From Candidatus Cloacimonadota bacterium (GTDB lineage Bacteria > Cloacimonadota > Cloacimonadia > Cloacimonadales > TCS61), in contig JAUVLU010000008.1 of NCBI GenBank assembly GCA_030600585.1, positions 6,431 to 70,430 on the forward strand: a DNA stretch of 64,000 bases, written 5' to 3'. Below are positions 47,998-56,927 of the stretch, piece after piece. The position numbers and the translations under genes are program-made. Each line of letters opens with the position of its first letter. Position 1 is the stretch's first letter. A model generated the notes under the pieces. The model ran no database searches, was not told the origin of the DNA, and worked only from the letters and a program-made list of their open reading frames with translations.

Positions 47998-48462
47998 TTT
48001 GTCAAATAATATCTTGTTCCACACATCCCCCGAAAAAATATACATTCGTTGGTTCTCTTTTGAAAAATAATAAAACAAATAATTAGAAGCCCACGAATTT
48101 ATTCGTGCGGAGAGAAACCCAAAACTGCTCATATTAACCATTTCAATAATGCATTGACTTTCAGCTTGCTGAAAACGATGCCAATATTCTTCTTATTTTT
48201 TTATATCTAATAAACGGTTAAAACCGTTATCTTTTTCTGTGTGTTTTTGGTTCCCACGAATAAATTCATGGGCTACCATGGAAAAATATTTTGTAAACGC
48301 TTCATCCATATTTTACCTTTTTTTTATATGTTAGAATTATTATTTAATAAATTTTCGGGGGATGCGTAATATTTTGTTCATTCCAACATAATTGCAACGA
48401 GCTTGACATTAATAAGATTATTTTAAGCGGTGCTGATAGTTATATTATTTTAACTATTTAGC

Positions 48463-48479
48463 TGGAATAATATTTGCAT
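48463..48479 (+). promoter_or_regulatory. Sigma-54-type -24/-12 element TGGAATAATATTTGCAT
   Basis: GG-N10-GC spacing with TTGCA at -12. It lies ~44 nt upstream of the ATG at 48521 and shares ATTTGCATAATAAA with the element upstream of pilA. Confidence 0.5.
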
Positions 48480-48520
48480 AATAAATTAAAAGATTAATAA
48501 TAAAATATGGAGTATAAATT

Positions 48521-51500
48521 ATGAAGAAATTGATTTTTGTTTTTGTTTCTTTCTTATTCTTAACAGCAGGTTTTGCTGAAATAATTATTGAAGAAGATTT
48601 TTCAGGAACATTTCCACCGGATGGCTGGAATGCTTACGGAATGAATCCGGGGAATTGGTCGCAATCTTCAACTGCAAATGCCGGTGGAATCGCACCCGAA
48701 CTGAAATTTAGCTGGTCACCATCGTTCACAGGAGAAGCGATCTTTGCTTCCGGACCTGTAAATACAGTTGGAGCTTCAACTCTTGATCTTATATATTCAC
48801 ATTTTCTAAACGATTTCAGCGGGAGTGGTTATACGATCGGAGTAAAAACTTCGAGTGACGGTGTTAATTGGAATACGGCTTATGAAGTTGCTCCAACCGG
48901 AGATATTGGGCCTGTAGTAGAGAATCTGACTATCACAACATCTGATGTCGGTTCTGCTACTTTTCAGCTTGGTTTTTTCTTTAATGGTTATAGTTTCAAT
49001 CTGGATTACTGGTATATTGATGATGTGTTTTTGGAAGGTACATTGATAACTTACGATAACGATCTGGCTGGAATGGATATTTCCGGTGATACGGTAATTA
49101 ATGCCGGCAATACCGAAAATTATGATATAACAGTAAAAAATGTTGGAAACAATACTCAAAATTCTTATACGGTTAAACTGTATAAGAATAATGATGAAGA
49201 ATTAAGCTCAATCGATATCAGTCAAACAATTGCTCCTGATGAAACGGTTGTACACAATCTTGTTTGGAACGTTCCTGCCAATGAACCTGCCGGTATGGTC
49301 GATCTTTATGGGAAAGTGATTCTTGCCGGAGATGAAAATACTGCTAACGATGAAACAAATACTCTGGAAGTAGAGGTGTTTCCTCCCGGTATTCTTGAGA
49401 TAACTGTTGGTGATGGAACCGAAAATAATAATAGAACACCTCTTTGTTTTCAGTATAAGAATAGCCTTACCGAAATTATCTATTTTGCTGATGAATTAGC
49501 AGGCGCTGAAGGAATGATAACAGCACTTACATATTACAATAATTTTACCAATAATTTACTTAATAAACCAACTGCGATCTGGCTGGGAGAGACAACACAA
49601 ACGAATCTAACAAATGGTTGGATACCGTCAACATCGTTGACAGAAGTTTTTAACGGTAACGTTTCTTATCCATCCGGAACGAACAATGTAACAATTCAGT
49701 TTACCACTCCTTATTTTTATAATGGCGGGAATTTGGTAGTCATGGTTTTCCGTCCAATGGATACTCAGAATTACGGTATGAATGATGAATTTATTCACGA
49801 TACAACACCGGATATGATAGATAGAACAAGATATGAACGTGATGATAATATTGTGCTTGATCCTGCAAATCCTCCGGATATCAGTTATACTGGTGAGTTC
49901 TTTGCTAATACAACCTTTACTTTCTTTTTGGGTGCGATGGGAGAAGTGGAAGGATATGTTCTTGATGATGAAGATAATCCTCTCGAAGATGCTCAAATAA
50001 CCATCGAAGAAACACAGACTGTAACTTATACAAATAATCAAGGATATTACCACTTTGGAAATGTAATTACAGGGATTTATGATTTTACTGCTGAAATGAT
50101 GGGCTATTCTCCTCAAACTATAACCGGTGAAGTTATTGAAAATGAAATAACTCAAGTGGATTTTTCCATGATTCCGCTTGGAATTGTATCGGTTTTGGGG
50201 CATGTGGTCGGAAGTGATTTCCCTGAAGTAGGCTTGGAGAATGCTGTAGTAGAAATTACCGGATTTGAAAATTATCAAGCAACAACAAACGGCAACGGTG
50301 ATTTTACTATCGAGGGTGTTTACACTAATATAACTTACAATATTCTAATTACATACGATGGTTATGATAATTATATTGATGAAATATCGGTCGGCGGTAC
50401 AACTTTGGATCTGGGAACGATTATTTTAAGCGAGATCGCCTTTCCGCCTGGAAATGTTCAGGCTGTTCAGAATGTAGAAGGAACTGAAGTAACACTTAAT
50501 TGGAGTTCTCCCGGGCAGGGTGGAGGTGAATTCCGCTATGATGATGGTGATTATGAATTCCAATTAGGCTATAACTCAACTCCTGCAAATGCTGTCTTTG
50601 GCGCTGTTCATCCATATATTTCCGTAGTTCAGGAAATACACTGGTATCTCTGTTCAAATTATGTTTCTCATGATCAGGTTAAACTATATCTTTTTGGATT
50701 AAATGAAGATAACGAGCCCAATACCGATATTGTTTTATATGAATCGGGTTATGTAGATAATATTGATGATGAATGGAATACTTATTACATCACAGTTCCT
50801 GTAGAAGCTTATGAAGGCTTTTTTGTCGGCGTTTCCACACCAAATGAATATACCTCGATAGGAATGGATGATGGAACCGGAGAACCATGGGAATTCCAGA
50901 CCGGAACTCAATTCTGTAAAGAAAATTGGACAAGTTCCGGCAGTTGGACAAATGTTGAAAGTTATGGTCCTAATTATGAACGTAATTTTATGATTCGTGC
51001 TTATGGAATAAATATGGGAAATACACTAACCGAAAATGTAGTTCTTCACGAGACGAAGTGTATAAATAAAACATTAAAAAGCAGGTCATTTGAATCATAC
51101 AATGTTTACAGGTTCTATGATTTTCAACACAACGATCCCGGTAGTTGGGAACTTATTGGCGAAGGTATTGAAGATACCGTTTATGTGGATATCAGTTGGA
51201 TCAATCTTCCCAATGCTGCATATCAATTTGCTGTAAGATCCGTATATACAAATGGAATTGAATCTATACCGGCATTTTCGGCAATTATAGAAAAAACCTC
51301 CGCTTCTGCCGATGATCTGCCGCAATTAAAGACTCAACTTTTTGCCAATTATCCCAATCCATTCAATCCAACAACTACAATTTCTTTTTCCGTAGCACAA
51401 AATTCCGATTTTGTTACTCTCAATATTTATAACATCAAAGGGCAAAAATTGAAGACATTCCCAATTAACCAATTTACCAATCAACCAATTCACCAAATTA

Positions 51501-51613
51501 TCTGGAATGGAACAGACGACAATAACAAACCTGTCTCTTCCGGAGTCTATTTCTATCGTTTGATAGCTGATGATAAAATTATTGATACGAAACGGATGCT
51601 GCTGCTAAAATAG
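48521..51613 (+). CDS. Large T9SS-sorted surface protein (N-terminal module shared with the M14 protein, CarboxypepD_reg-like beta-sandwiches, CTD)
   Basis: 1030 aa with a signal peptide. Two segments are like GYVLDDEDNPLEDAQITIEE..NNQGYYHF..GIYDFTAEMMGY. C-terminal NYPNPFNPTTTISFS...SGVYFYRL...KRMLLLK. Confidence 0.75.
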   Translation: MKKLIFVFVSFLFLTAGFAEIIIEEDFSGTFPPDGWNAYGMNPGNWSQSSTANAGGIAPELKFSWSPSFTGEAIFASGPVNTVGASTLDLIYSHFLNDFSGSGYTIGVKTSSDGVNWNTAYEVAPTGDIGPVVENLTITTSDVGSATFQLGFFFNGYSFNLDYWYIDDVFLEGTLITYDNDLAGMDISGDTVINAGNTENYDITVKNVGNNTQNSYTVKLYKNNDEELSSIDISQTIAPDETVVHNLVWNVPANEPAGMVDLYGKVILAGDENTANDETNTLEVEVFPPGILEITVGDGTENNNRTPLCFQYKNSLTEIIYFADELAGAEGMITALTYYNNFTNNLLNKPTAIWLGETTQTNLTNGWIPSTSLTEVFNGNVSYPSGTNNVTIQFTTPYFYNGGNLVVMVFRPMDTQNYGMNDEFIHDTTPDMIDRTRYERDDNIVLDPANPPDISYTGEFFANTTFTFFLGAMGEVEGYVLDDEDNPLEDAQITIEETQTVTYTNNQGYYHFGNVITGIYDFTAEMMGYSPQTITGEVIENEITQVDFSMIPLGIVSVLGHVVGSDFPEVGLENAVVEITGFENYQATTNGNGDFTIEGVYTNITYNILITYDGYDNYIDEISVGGTTLDLGTIILSEIAFPPGNVQAVQNVEGTEVTLNWSSPGQGGGEFRYDDGDYEFQLGYNSTPANAVFGAVHPYISVVQEIHWYLCSNYVSHDQVKLYLFGLNEDNEPNTDIVLYESGYVDNIDDEWNTYYITVPVEAYEGFFVGVSTPNEYTSIGMDDGTGEPWEFQTGTQFCKENWTSSGSWTNVESYGPNYERNFMIRAYGINMGNTLTENVVLHETKCINKTLKSRSFESYNVYRFYDFQHNDPGSWELIGEGIEDTVYVDISWINLPNAAYQFAVRSVYTNGIESIPAFSAIIEKTSASADDLPQLKTQLFANYPNPFNPTTTISFSVAQNSDFVTLNIYNIKGQKLKTFPINQFTNQPIHQIIWNGTDDNNKPVSSGVYFYRLIADDKIIDTKRMLLLK

Positions 51614-51624
51614 TGATATATGCT

Positions 51625-51728
51625 CTTGTATCCAAGCTTCAGCTTGGATACAAATAATCAACGTGATGAGAAGGTTTCCAAGCTGGGGCTTGGAAACCAG
51701 AATACTATATCCAAGCTGGGGCTTGGAT
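51625..51728. repeat. Three consecutive CCAAGC-N4-GCTTGG hairpins
   Basis: TTGTATCCAAGC-ttca-GCTTGGATACAA (51625-51652), GGTTTCCAAGC-tggg-GCTTGGAAACC (51672-51697) and TATCCAAGC-tggg-GCTTGGATA (51707-51728). Confidence 0.9.
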
Positions 51729-51842
51729 ACAAGAATGTTATGTAGTTTATTTACAATTAATTTTATACTTTTAATTACTTTGATATTAAATAATTAATTA
51801 CTCGAGATTTTACTTGCAAAAAAATGGAAGGAATAAATATCT

Positions 51843-51859
51843 CGGAACAGAATTTGCAT
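51843..51859 (+). promoter_or_regulatory. Sigma-54-type -24/-12 element CGGAACAGAATTTGCAT upstream of the pilin gene
   Basis: GG-N10-GC spacing with TTGCA at -12, ~37 nt upstream of the ATG at 51894. Confidence 0.5.
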
Positions 51860-51893
51860 AATAAAGATGCGAAAATAATTAGGAGGATGTATA

Positions 51894-52322
51894 ATGTTTA
51901 AAAATTTACAAAACCAAAAAGGATTTACTCTTATTGAATTATTAGTTGTTGTTGCTATCATTGCTATTCTGGCAGCTATTGCAGTTCCAGTTTACATGAG
52001 CTATGTGCATCAGGCAAGATCAACCGAAGCTCAATCTGCTATCGCAGCATTACGGCAAACGTACAGAGTTCATTATCAAACTTATGGCTCTACTACAGAT
52101 TATGATGTTGAATCTGCTTTAAAAGATACCAACCTTGGAAACAGAACTAATAAAAACTGGGAATTTGAAGTTGTTGGTAATCCACCAAAGAAATATATGG
52201 CTACCTCAACAGCGGAATTTCCGGCAGGAGAAGGAAAGCAGGTATGGTATGATGTAGAAGATGCTATGTTTCATGGTTATGGTATCGATGAAGAGGAAAA
52301 CGAAGAAGAGATTCTCGACTAA
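51894..52322 (+). CDS. pilA: Type IV pilin (prepilin-type N-terminal cleavage/methylation domain)
   Basis: QKG|FTLIELLVVVAIIAILAAIAVP is the class III signal peptide with Glu5. 142 aa with an acidic C-terminal tail. Confidence 0.85.
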   Translation: MFKNLQNQKGFTLIELLVVVAIIAILAAIAVPVYMSYVHQARSTEAQSAIAALRQTYRVHYQTYGSTTDYDVESALKDTNLGNRTNKNWEFEVVGNPPKKYMATSTAEFPAGEGKQVWYDVEDAMFHGYGIDEEENEEEILD

Positions 52323-52339
52323 ATTTTTGGGGGTGTCTT

Positions 52340-53395
52340 TTGACTGTTAAAGAATTGTTACAATTTACCTCGGATGCCGGTGCATCTGACCTGCACATAA
52401 GTGCAGGATCCGTACCCATGATAAGAGTTTTGGGGCAGATGAAAAAACTTAATTTGCCCGTGATGAGTGTTAAAGAAGTTGAAGAACTTATTTTTAGCAC
52501 AATGAATAATTCGCAGATAACAATTTTTAAAGAAAAATTGGAAATTGATTTTTCCACGAAATTGGATGATGATACACGTTTTCGCGTTAATGCTTTTCAT
52601 CAGGTCAATGGGTTAGGTGTTGCATTCCGTGTGATTCCTAATGCTATAAAAGATTTTAATGATCTGCACCTTCCGGAAATCCTGGCAAGACTTTCGATGA
52701 AACAACGTGGTTTAATACTGGTAACAGGACCTACAGGCAGCGGAAAATCTACAACCCTTTCTACAATGGTCGATTATATAAACGATCATAAACATTGTCA
52801 TATTATCACAATTGAAGATCCAATCGAATTTATGCACAGAAGCAAGAACTCTCTCGTCAATCAGCGGGAAGTGGGGCACGACACATGGTCATTCAAAATA
52901 GCATTGCGTTCTGCTTTACGTGAAGATCCCGATGTAATACTTGTGGGAGAGATGCGTGACCTTGAAACGGTGTCTTTGGCATTAACGGCAGCCGAGACAG
53001 GTCACCTTGTACTTGCTACACTGCATACAAGCAGTGCTACTAAGTCTATCGACAGGATCATTGATATGTTCCCAAAAGAGCAGCAGGCTCAAGTTCGTTC
53101 AATGCTTTCCGAATCACTTCAGGCAGTTATAGCACAAACTCTGCTTCCAATGAAAGACGGAAGTGATAGAATCCCTGCTCTTGAAATTATGATCGCGAAT
53201 AGTGCTGTTAAAAATCTTATTCGTGAAGAAAAAACATATCAAATACCTTCCGTTATCCAATCTGGGAATAAGGAGGGTATGCAATCTAAAGATCAATCAT
53301 TATACAATCATGTAATGAATGGTTATCTCGATAGAAAAGTAGCCGAAGAAGTGGCTGATAATCCAAAAATGTTTGCTACGGGGACGGCTTTTTAA
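52340..53395 (+). CDS. pilT: Type IV pilus retraction ATPase PilT
   Basis: TTG start after GGGGG. ASDLHISAGSVPMIRV, Walker A GPTGSGKSTT, IITIEDPIEF, GEMRD and LATLHT motifs. The ~350-aa size fits PilT rather than PilB. Confidence 0.9.
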   Translation: MTVKELLQFTSDAGASDLHISAGSVPMIRVLGQMKKLNLPVMSVKEVEELIFSTMNNSQITIFKEKLEIDFSTKLDDDTRFRVNAFHQVNGLGVAFRVIPNAIKDFNDLHLPEILARLSMKQRGLILVTGPTGSGKSTTLSTMVDYINDHKHCHIITIEDPIEFMHRSKNSLVNQREVGHDTWSFKIALRSALREDPDVILVGEMRDLETVSLALTAAETGHLVLATLHTSSATKSIDRIIDMFPKEQQAQVRSMLSESLQAVIAQTLLPMKDGSDRIPALEIMIANSAVKNLIREEKTYQIPSVIQSGNKEGMQSKDQSLYNHVMNGYLDRKVAEEVADNPKMFATGTAF

Positions 53396-53869
53396 ATGAT
53401 TAAAAAGATATTAAGATCTGATGGCGGGTTTGGTATTATTCAAACTCTTGCAGGTTTGATAATTGTAACTATTGCTCTTAGCGGTCTATTTTTAAGTTCA
53501 TATTATGCTTGGCATAATTCAGTGGGAAATTATCATTATAGAGTTGTTCTCTTAAAAGCACATCAAAAATTAGAACGTCTCAAATTTGTTAATCGAAATA
53601 ATGAAATTATTACTGACATCGATGGATTTGTTTCGGAGAAATTTCTTATAGATGATGAAAACGATAAGCCTGTTTACGGACTCATTCATTCTCCCACAAG
53701 AACTACATATACAGATATGGTTGTTTCTCAATATGTCGATTACGATGTGATTAGTGTGAAAATAACCTGGCGGGATGGACCGGAATATTTCTTTAACAGC
53801 ATTTTAAATAAGGAAAGAACCCTTATCTTGCGGGAAGATTATTTTTACAGAGTTGATGAGGAAGAATAG
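53396..53869 (+). CDS. Minor-pilin-like protein lacking Glu5
   Basis: 157 aa. N-terminus ..SDGG|FGIIQTLAGLIIVTIALSGLFL resembles a prepilin leader plus hydrophobic helix, but with Gln at +5. Its position after pilA-pilT fits. Confidence 0.45.
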   Translation: MIKKILRSDGGFGIIQTLAGLIIVTIALSGLFLSSYYAWHNSVGNYHYRVVLLKAHQKLERLKFVNRNNEIITDIDGFVSEKFLIDDENDKPVYGLIHSPTRTTYTDMVVSQYVDYDVISVKITWRDGPEYFFNSILNKERTLILREDYFYRVDEEE

Positions 53870-53871
53870 TT

Positions 53872-54555
53872 ATGAAAATATTAAAAAATAACAAAGGATA
53901 TTCATTAATTGAAATAATTGCCGGACTTCCACTTGTTGCTTTGGTTTTTGTGATATTTGGTATAGGTACGGTTCATTTTGTAACTAATTTTCAGGAAGTG
54001 AAACTATATTCTCAATTACAGCAGGATCTTTTTGAAGCAATAGAAGTAATGAGACACGGATATATGTGTGAAGGTGTAACTGATAATGAAGGTCTTATAG
54101 GAATTGCAACTGCCAAGAAGGTAACAATTAGTGCCTCCGGAAATTCTATTAAGGTCATGCCATTAACACTTAATACTGTCGAGGAAGAACACTACTGGGT
54201 CAGGTATATCGTAAATGATGATATGCAATTAGAAACAAAAGGGTCTTATGGTATAAACAGATATCAGAATAAAATGTTATTTCCAGCTACACCAATTAAA
54301 TATATCGGCAGGGAACCCCAATTTACAATAAAAAATCCAATGCAGATATGGAATGTAACCGAAACTGATGCGCAGGGTAATCCTTTGATGCTCAATATTA
54401 AATTGATTGGTCAGGTTAGATTTCGTGAAAAAACGAGGGATCAAACCAATGAAGATGACATAAGAAAGAATACCAAAACTATTACTTACGAAACTTCTGT
54501 CTTTCTGGGTAATTCACATGCGAGTTTAAAAATTGAAGAAGAAGAAGAAGAATAG
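53872..54555 (+). CDS. Minor pilin (prepilin-type N-terminal domain, PilW-like position)
   Basis: NKG|YSLIEIIAGLPLVALVFVIF has a canonical cleavage/methylation motif with Glu5. 227 aa, ending in EEEEEE. Confidence 0.7.
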   Translation: MKILKNNKGYSLIEIIAGLPLVALVFVIFGIGTVHFVTNFQEVKLYSQLQQDLFEAIEVMRHGYMCEGVTDNEGLIGIATAKKVTISASGNSIKVMPLTLNTVEEEHYWVRYIVNDDMQLETKGSYGINRYQNKMLFPATPIKYIGREPQFTIKNPMQIWNVTETDAQGNPLMLNIKLIGQVRFREKTRDQTNEDDIRKNTKTITYETSVFLGNSHASLKIEEEEEE

Positions 54556-54564
54556 GGAAATATT

Positions 54565-56880
54565 ATGAAGAAAATATTTAAGAAATTATTGAATAATAAT
54601 GTTGGTAGTGTTCTCATAATGGTTATTGCAGTTATGTTAAGTATAGTTGCAGTTGCTTCCTCAGCTTCTTTAATGGTAATTACCGGACATAATCAATTAC
54701 AAACTCAATATTCTCACGATAAGATACAGGAAGAATTGCTGTTGCGCAGCGAAGCTACAAGACTGCATCTGTCAATAGAGCATGACGATACTAGAAGGTT
54801 ACCGGGGCGTGTTGTTGAAATACTGGAACCTGATCGGAAAACAACATATTTTATTTCCAGCCGTGGACAACATATAGTTATAAGCAGCTTTATGGGGATT
54901 GCAACACAACAGGCTTATGCAGTACAATCTTTGATCACTGCCAGAAGGGATCGTCGTATAGCTCGATCTTACAAATCTCCGGTTAAAAGATATTCCGAAC
55001 GGCTTATAAGGAATAAAAGTCTGGCGGAATATCAATATTTTACCAATACGGAAGCCTCGGAAAATGCTGACGGCGGAACTGCTGCTGCAATGGTAAGTTT
55101 CTATGGTTCTGATGATCTTTATGGACCTGTTCATTCCAACGATTTTATCTGGATACAAAATTCAGGATCATGGCCTACATTTCATAGTATGGTTACAACA
55201 CATAAATGGATCATGGATAAAGCAACGGGAGCACGTGCAATTTACAGTGCACCAATGGGATCTATATTTCTGGGTGGTTATTTAGAAGAAGCTCCATCAA
55301 TTATTTTTAATCCTACTGCTGAACTTATCCGTCAAAATGGTTTGGAACTTGGTAATCCTGAAACGGATATAGTCTATGTGAAACTTCATGACGGTAGTTT
55401 TGACTGTATGTATGGTGAGATCGTAAATGCAGGAATTGATACTTTTGGTGTGTATAGCTGGTTCCCGCATACTGCGGATCTTGCAGATTATATTGTGAAT
55501 AATGGCGGTAACTGGTATGAAGATTCAGATCATATTTATACGAATTATATAACTAACTACGATACAATTTGGACGGATGCATCATCATTTCCGGTTACAA
55601 ATCATTCTGTATGGGTTGGTGATGCCGAGCTTTGGATAGAAGGTGAAGTTTATGGAGCGCAAACCTGGGGAAGTGCCGATACTGTGTTTATCGTCGGCGA
55701 TATAATTTATGCCAATACGAATCCCGGTTACCCGCCAGATGATCCTGGTGATACAAATCTAACGGATTATTTCGGACTTGTCTCTGAGAAGAAGATATTG
55801 ATCAGGTATAAACACAAAGATCCATTCGAAGAGATGGAAATAAGTGATGATAATTGTAATAATGTAATACTTTATGGAGCTTATGCCGCTATCGGGGCAG
55901 GTGATGAAAGCATACATGGAAATATGTATTGTCATTATGATGGTATCTTTACATTCCAATATCATCATCCGCATGGTTCAACACCGGATTTTATTGCATT
56001 GAATCCATATATTTTAGAAGATTTTACCATTAACTTGATAGATACAGGCGGTGACGGCTGGGAGGGAGCGGAGTTAGATCTTTTAATCAATGGAGAAATT
56101 AGATTAAATGACATTACCTGCTCCGGCGGTTTGAGCACTTACACATTTGAAGTAGAAAATGGAGATGTAATAGAAACCGCTTATACAGCCGGCACAAATG
56201 AAGATGAACATTTTTATGAGATTGTGGATGGTGATGGAGTTGTGGTTGCTTCCGATGGACCTAATCCCGGACCCGGTATTATCTTTCAGGCTATATTAGA
56301 ACCTGAGGAAGAGATTCCATATACTTATGTGGATCTGCATAAATTTATTTTCCCGCCAAATGATATGGTGGCACCGGGAATAGAAGGTTTTAATATGCAT
56401 GGTGGAAATCCGATAGTTTTTGGTACTTGCGGATTCCCTTATGAAAGTCCTGCTTATATAAATTCATACCCCAATAATAATTCCAGTAATTACGTTTATC
56501 CTTATGGAACAGATTACCCATGGTATAATCCTGTATGGCCGGAGAGTGCCGAAGATATTGTTTTTGAAAGAGGTGATCTCACAATATACGGTGCTATTGC
56601 TCAAACAAGGCGTGGATTTATTCATCGTTCCGGAAGTGATCCATATAATCACCCTCCTGGAAATAATAAATGGGAAATGGATATATATCATTATGATGGA
56701 GTTCATCCACCAACAGGATATGATAAAGATTATCATTATGATAACCGTTTTATATTTGTGCAGCCGCCGGATTATCCGCAGATATATGAAGGTTGGGGAG
56801 AGACAACGCTTACAGCTTTTGAAAAGAAATCGTGGTTCTATAAAGCTCCGCCAAAAGATTTTATAGAGACTACTCATTAA
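54565..56880 (+). CDS. Large pilus-associated protein with PilX-N-like hydrophobic N-terminus
   Basis: 771 aa. N-terminal GSVLIMVIAVMLSIVAVASSASLMV resembles the PilX_N anchor. The large C-terminal region has no motif I can name. It occupies the PilX/PilY1 position of T4P minor-pilin operons. Confidence 0.5.
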   Translation: MKKIFKKLLNNNVGSVLIMVIAVMLSIVAVASSASLMVITGHNQLQTQYSHDKIQEELLLRSEATRLHLSIEHDDTRRLPGRVVEILEPDRKTTYFISSRGQHIVISSFMGIATQQAYAVQSLITARRDRRIARSYKSPVKRYSERLIRNKSLAEYQYFTNTEASENADGGTAAAMVSFYGSDDLYGPVHSNDFIWIQNSGSWPTFHSMVTTHKWIMDKATGARAIYSAPMGSIFLGGYLEEAPSIIFNPTAELIRQNGLELGNPETDIVYVKLHDGSFDCMYGEIVNAGIDTFGVYSWFPHTADLADYIVNNGGNWYEDSDHIYTNYITNYDTIWTDASSFPVTNHSVWVGDAELWIEGEVYGAQTWGSADTVFIVGDIIYANTNPGYPPDDPGDTNLTDYFGLVSEKKILIRYKHKDPFEEMEISDDNCNNVILYGAYAAIGAGDESIHGNMYCHYDGIFTFQYHHPHGSTPDFIALNPYILEDFTINLIDTGGDGWEGAELDLLINGEIRLNDITCSGGLSTYTFEVENGDVIETAYTAGTNEDEHFYEIVDGDGVVVASDGPNPGPGIIFQAILEPEEEIPYTYVDLHKFIFPPNDMVAPGIEGFNMHGGNPIVFGTCGFPYESPAYINSYPNNNSSNYVYPYGTDYPWYNPVWPESAEDIVFERGDLTIYGAIAQTRRGFIHRSGSDPYNHPPGNNKWEMDIYHYDGVHPPTGYDKDYHYDNRFIFVQPPDYPQIYEGWGETTLTAFEKKSWFYKAPPKDFIETTH

Positions 56881-56927
56881 TAAAAAAAATATAGATAGAT
56901 AAAAAATGAATAACAATGTGAGGTTAC

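Noticed and set aside
47959-48141. Track ORF (60 aa, minus strand) immediately upstream of the 1306-aa gene
   Set aside because: It overlaps the putative -24/-12 promoter and a palindromic repeat. It has no RBS and appears to be part of a decayed fragment.
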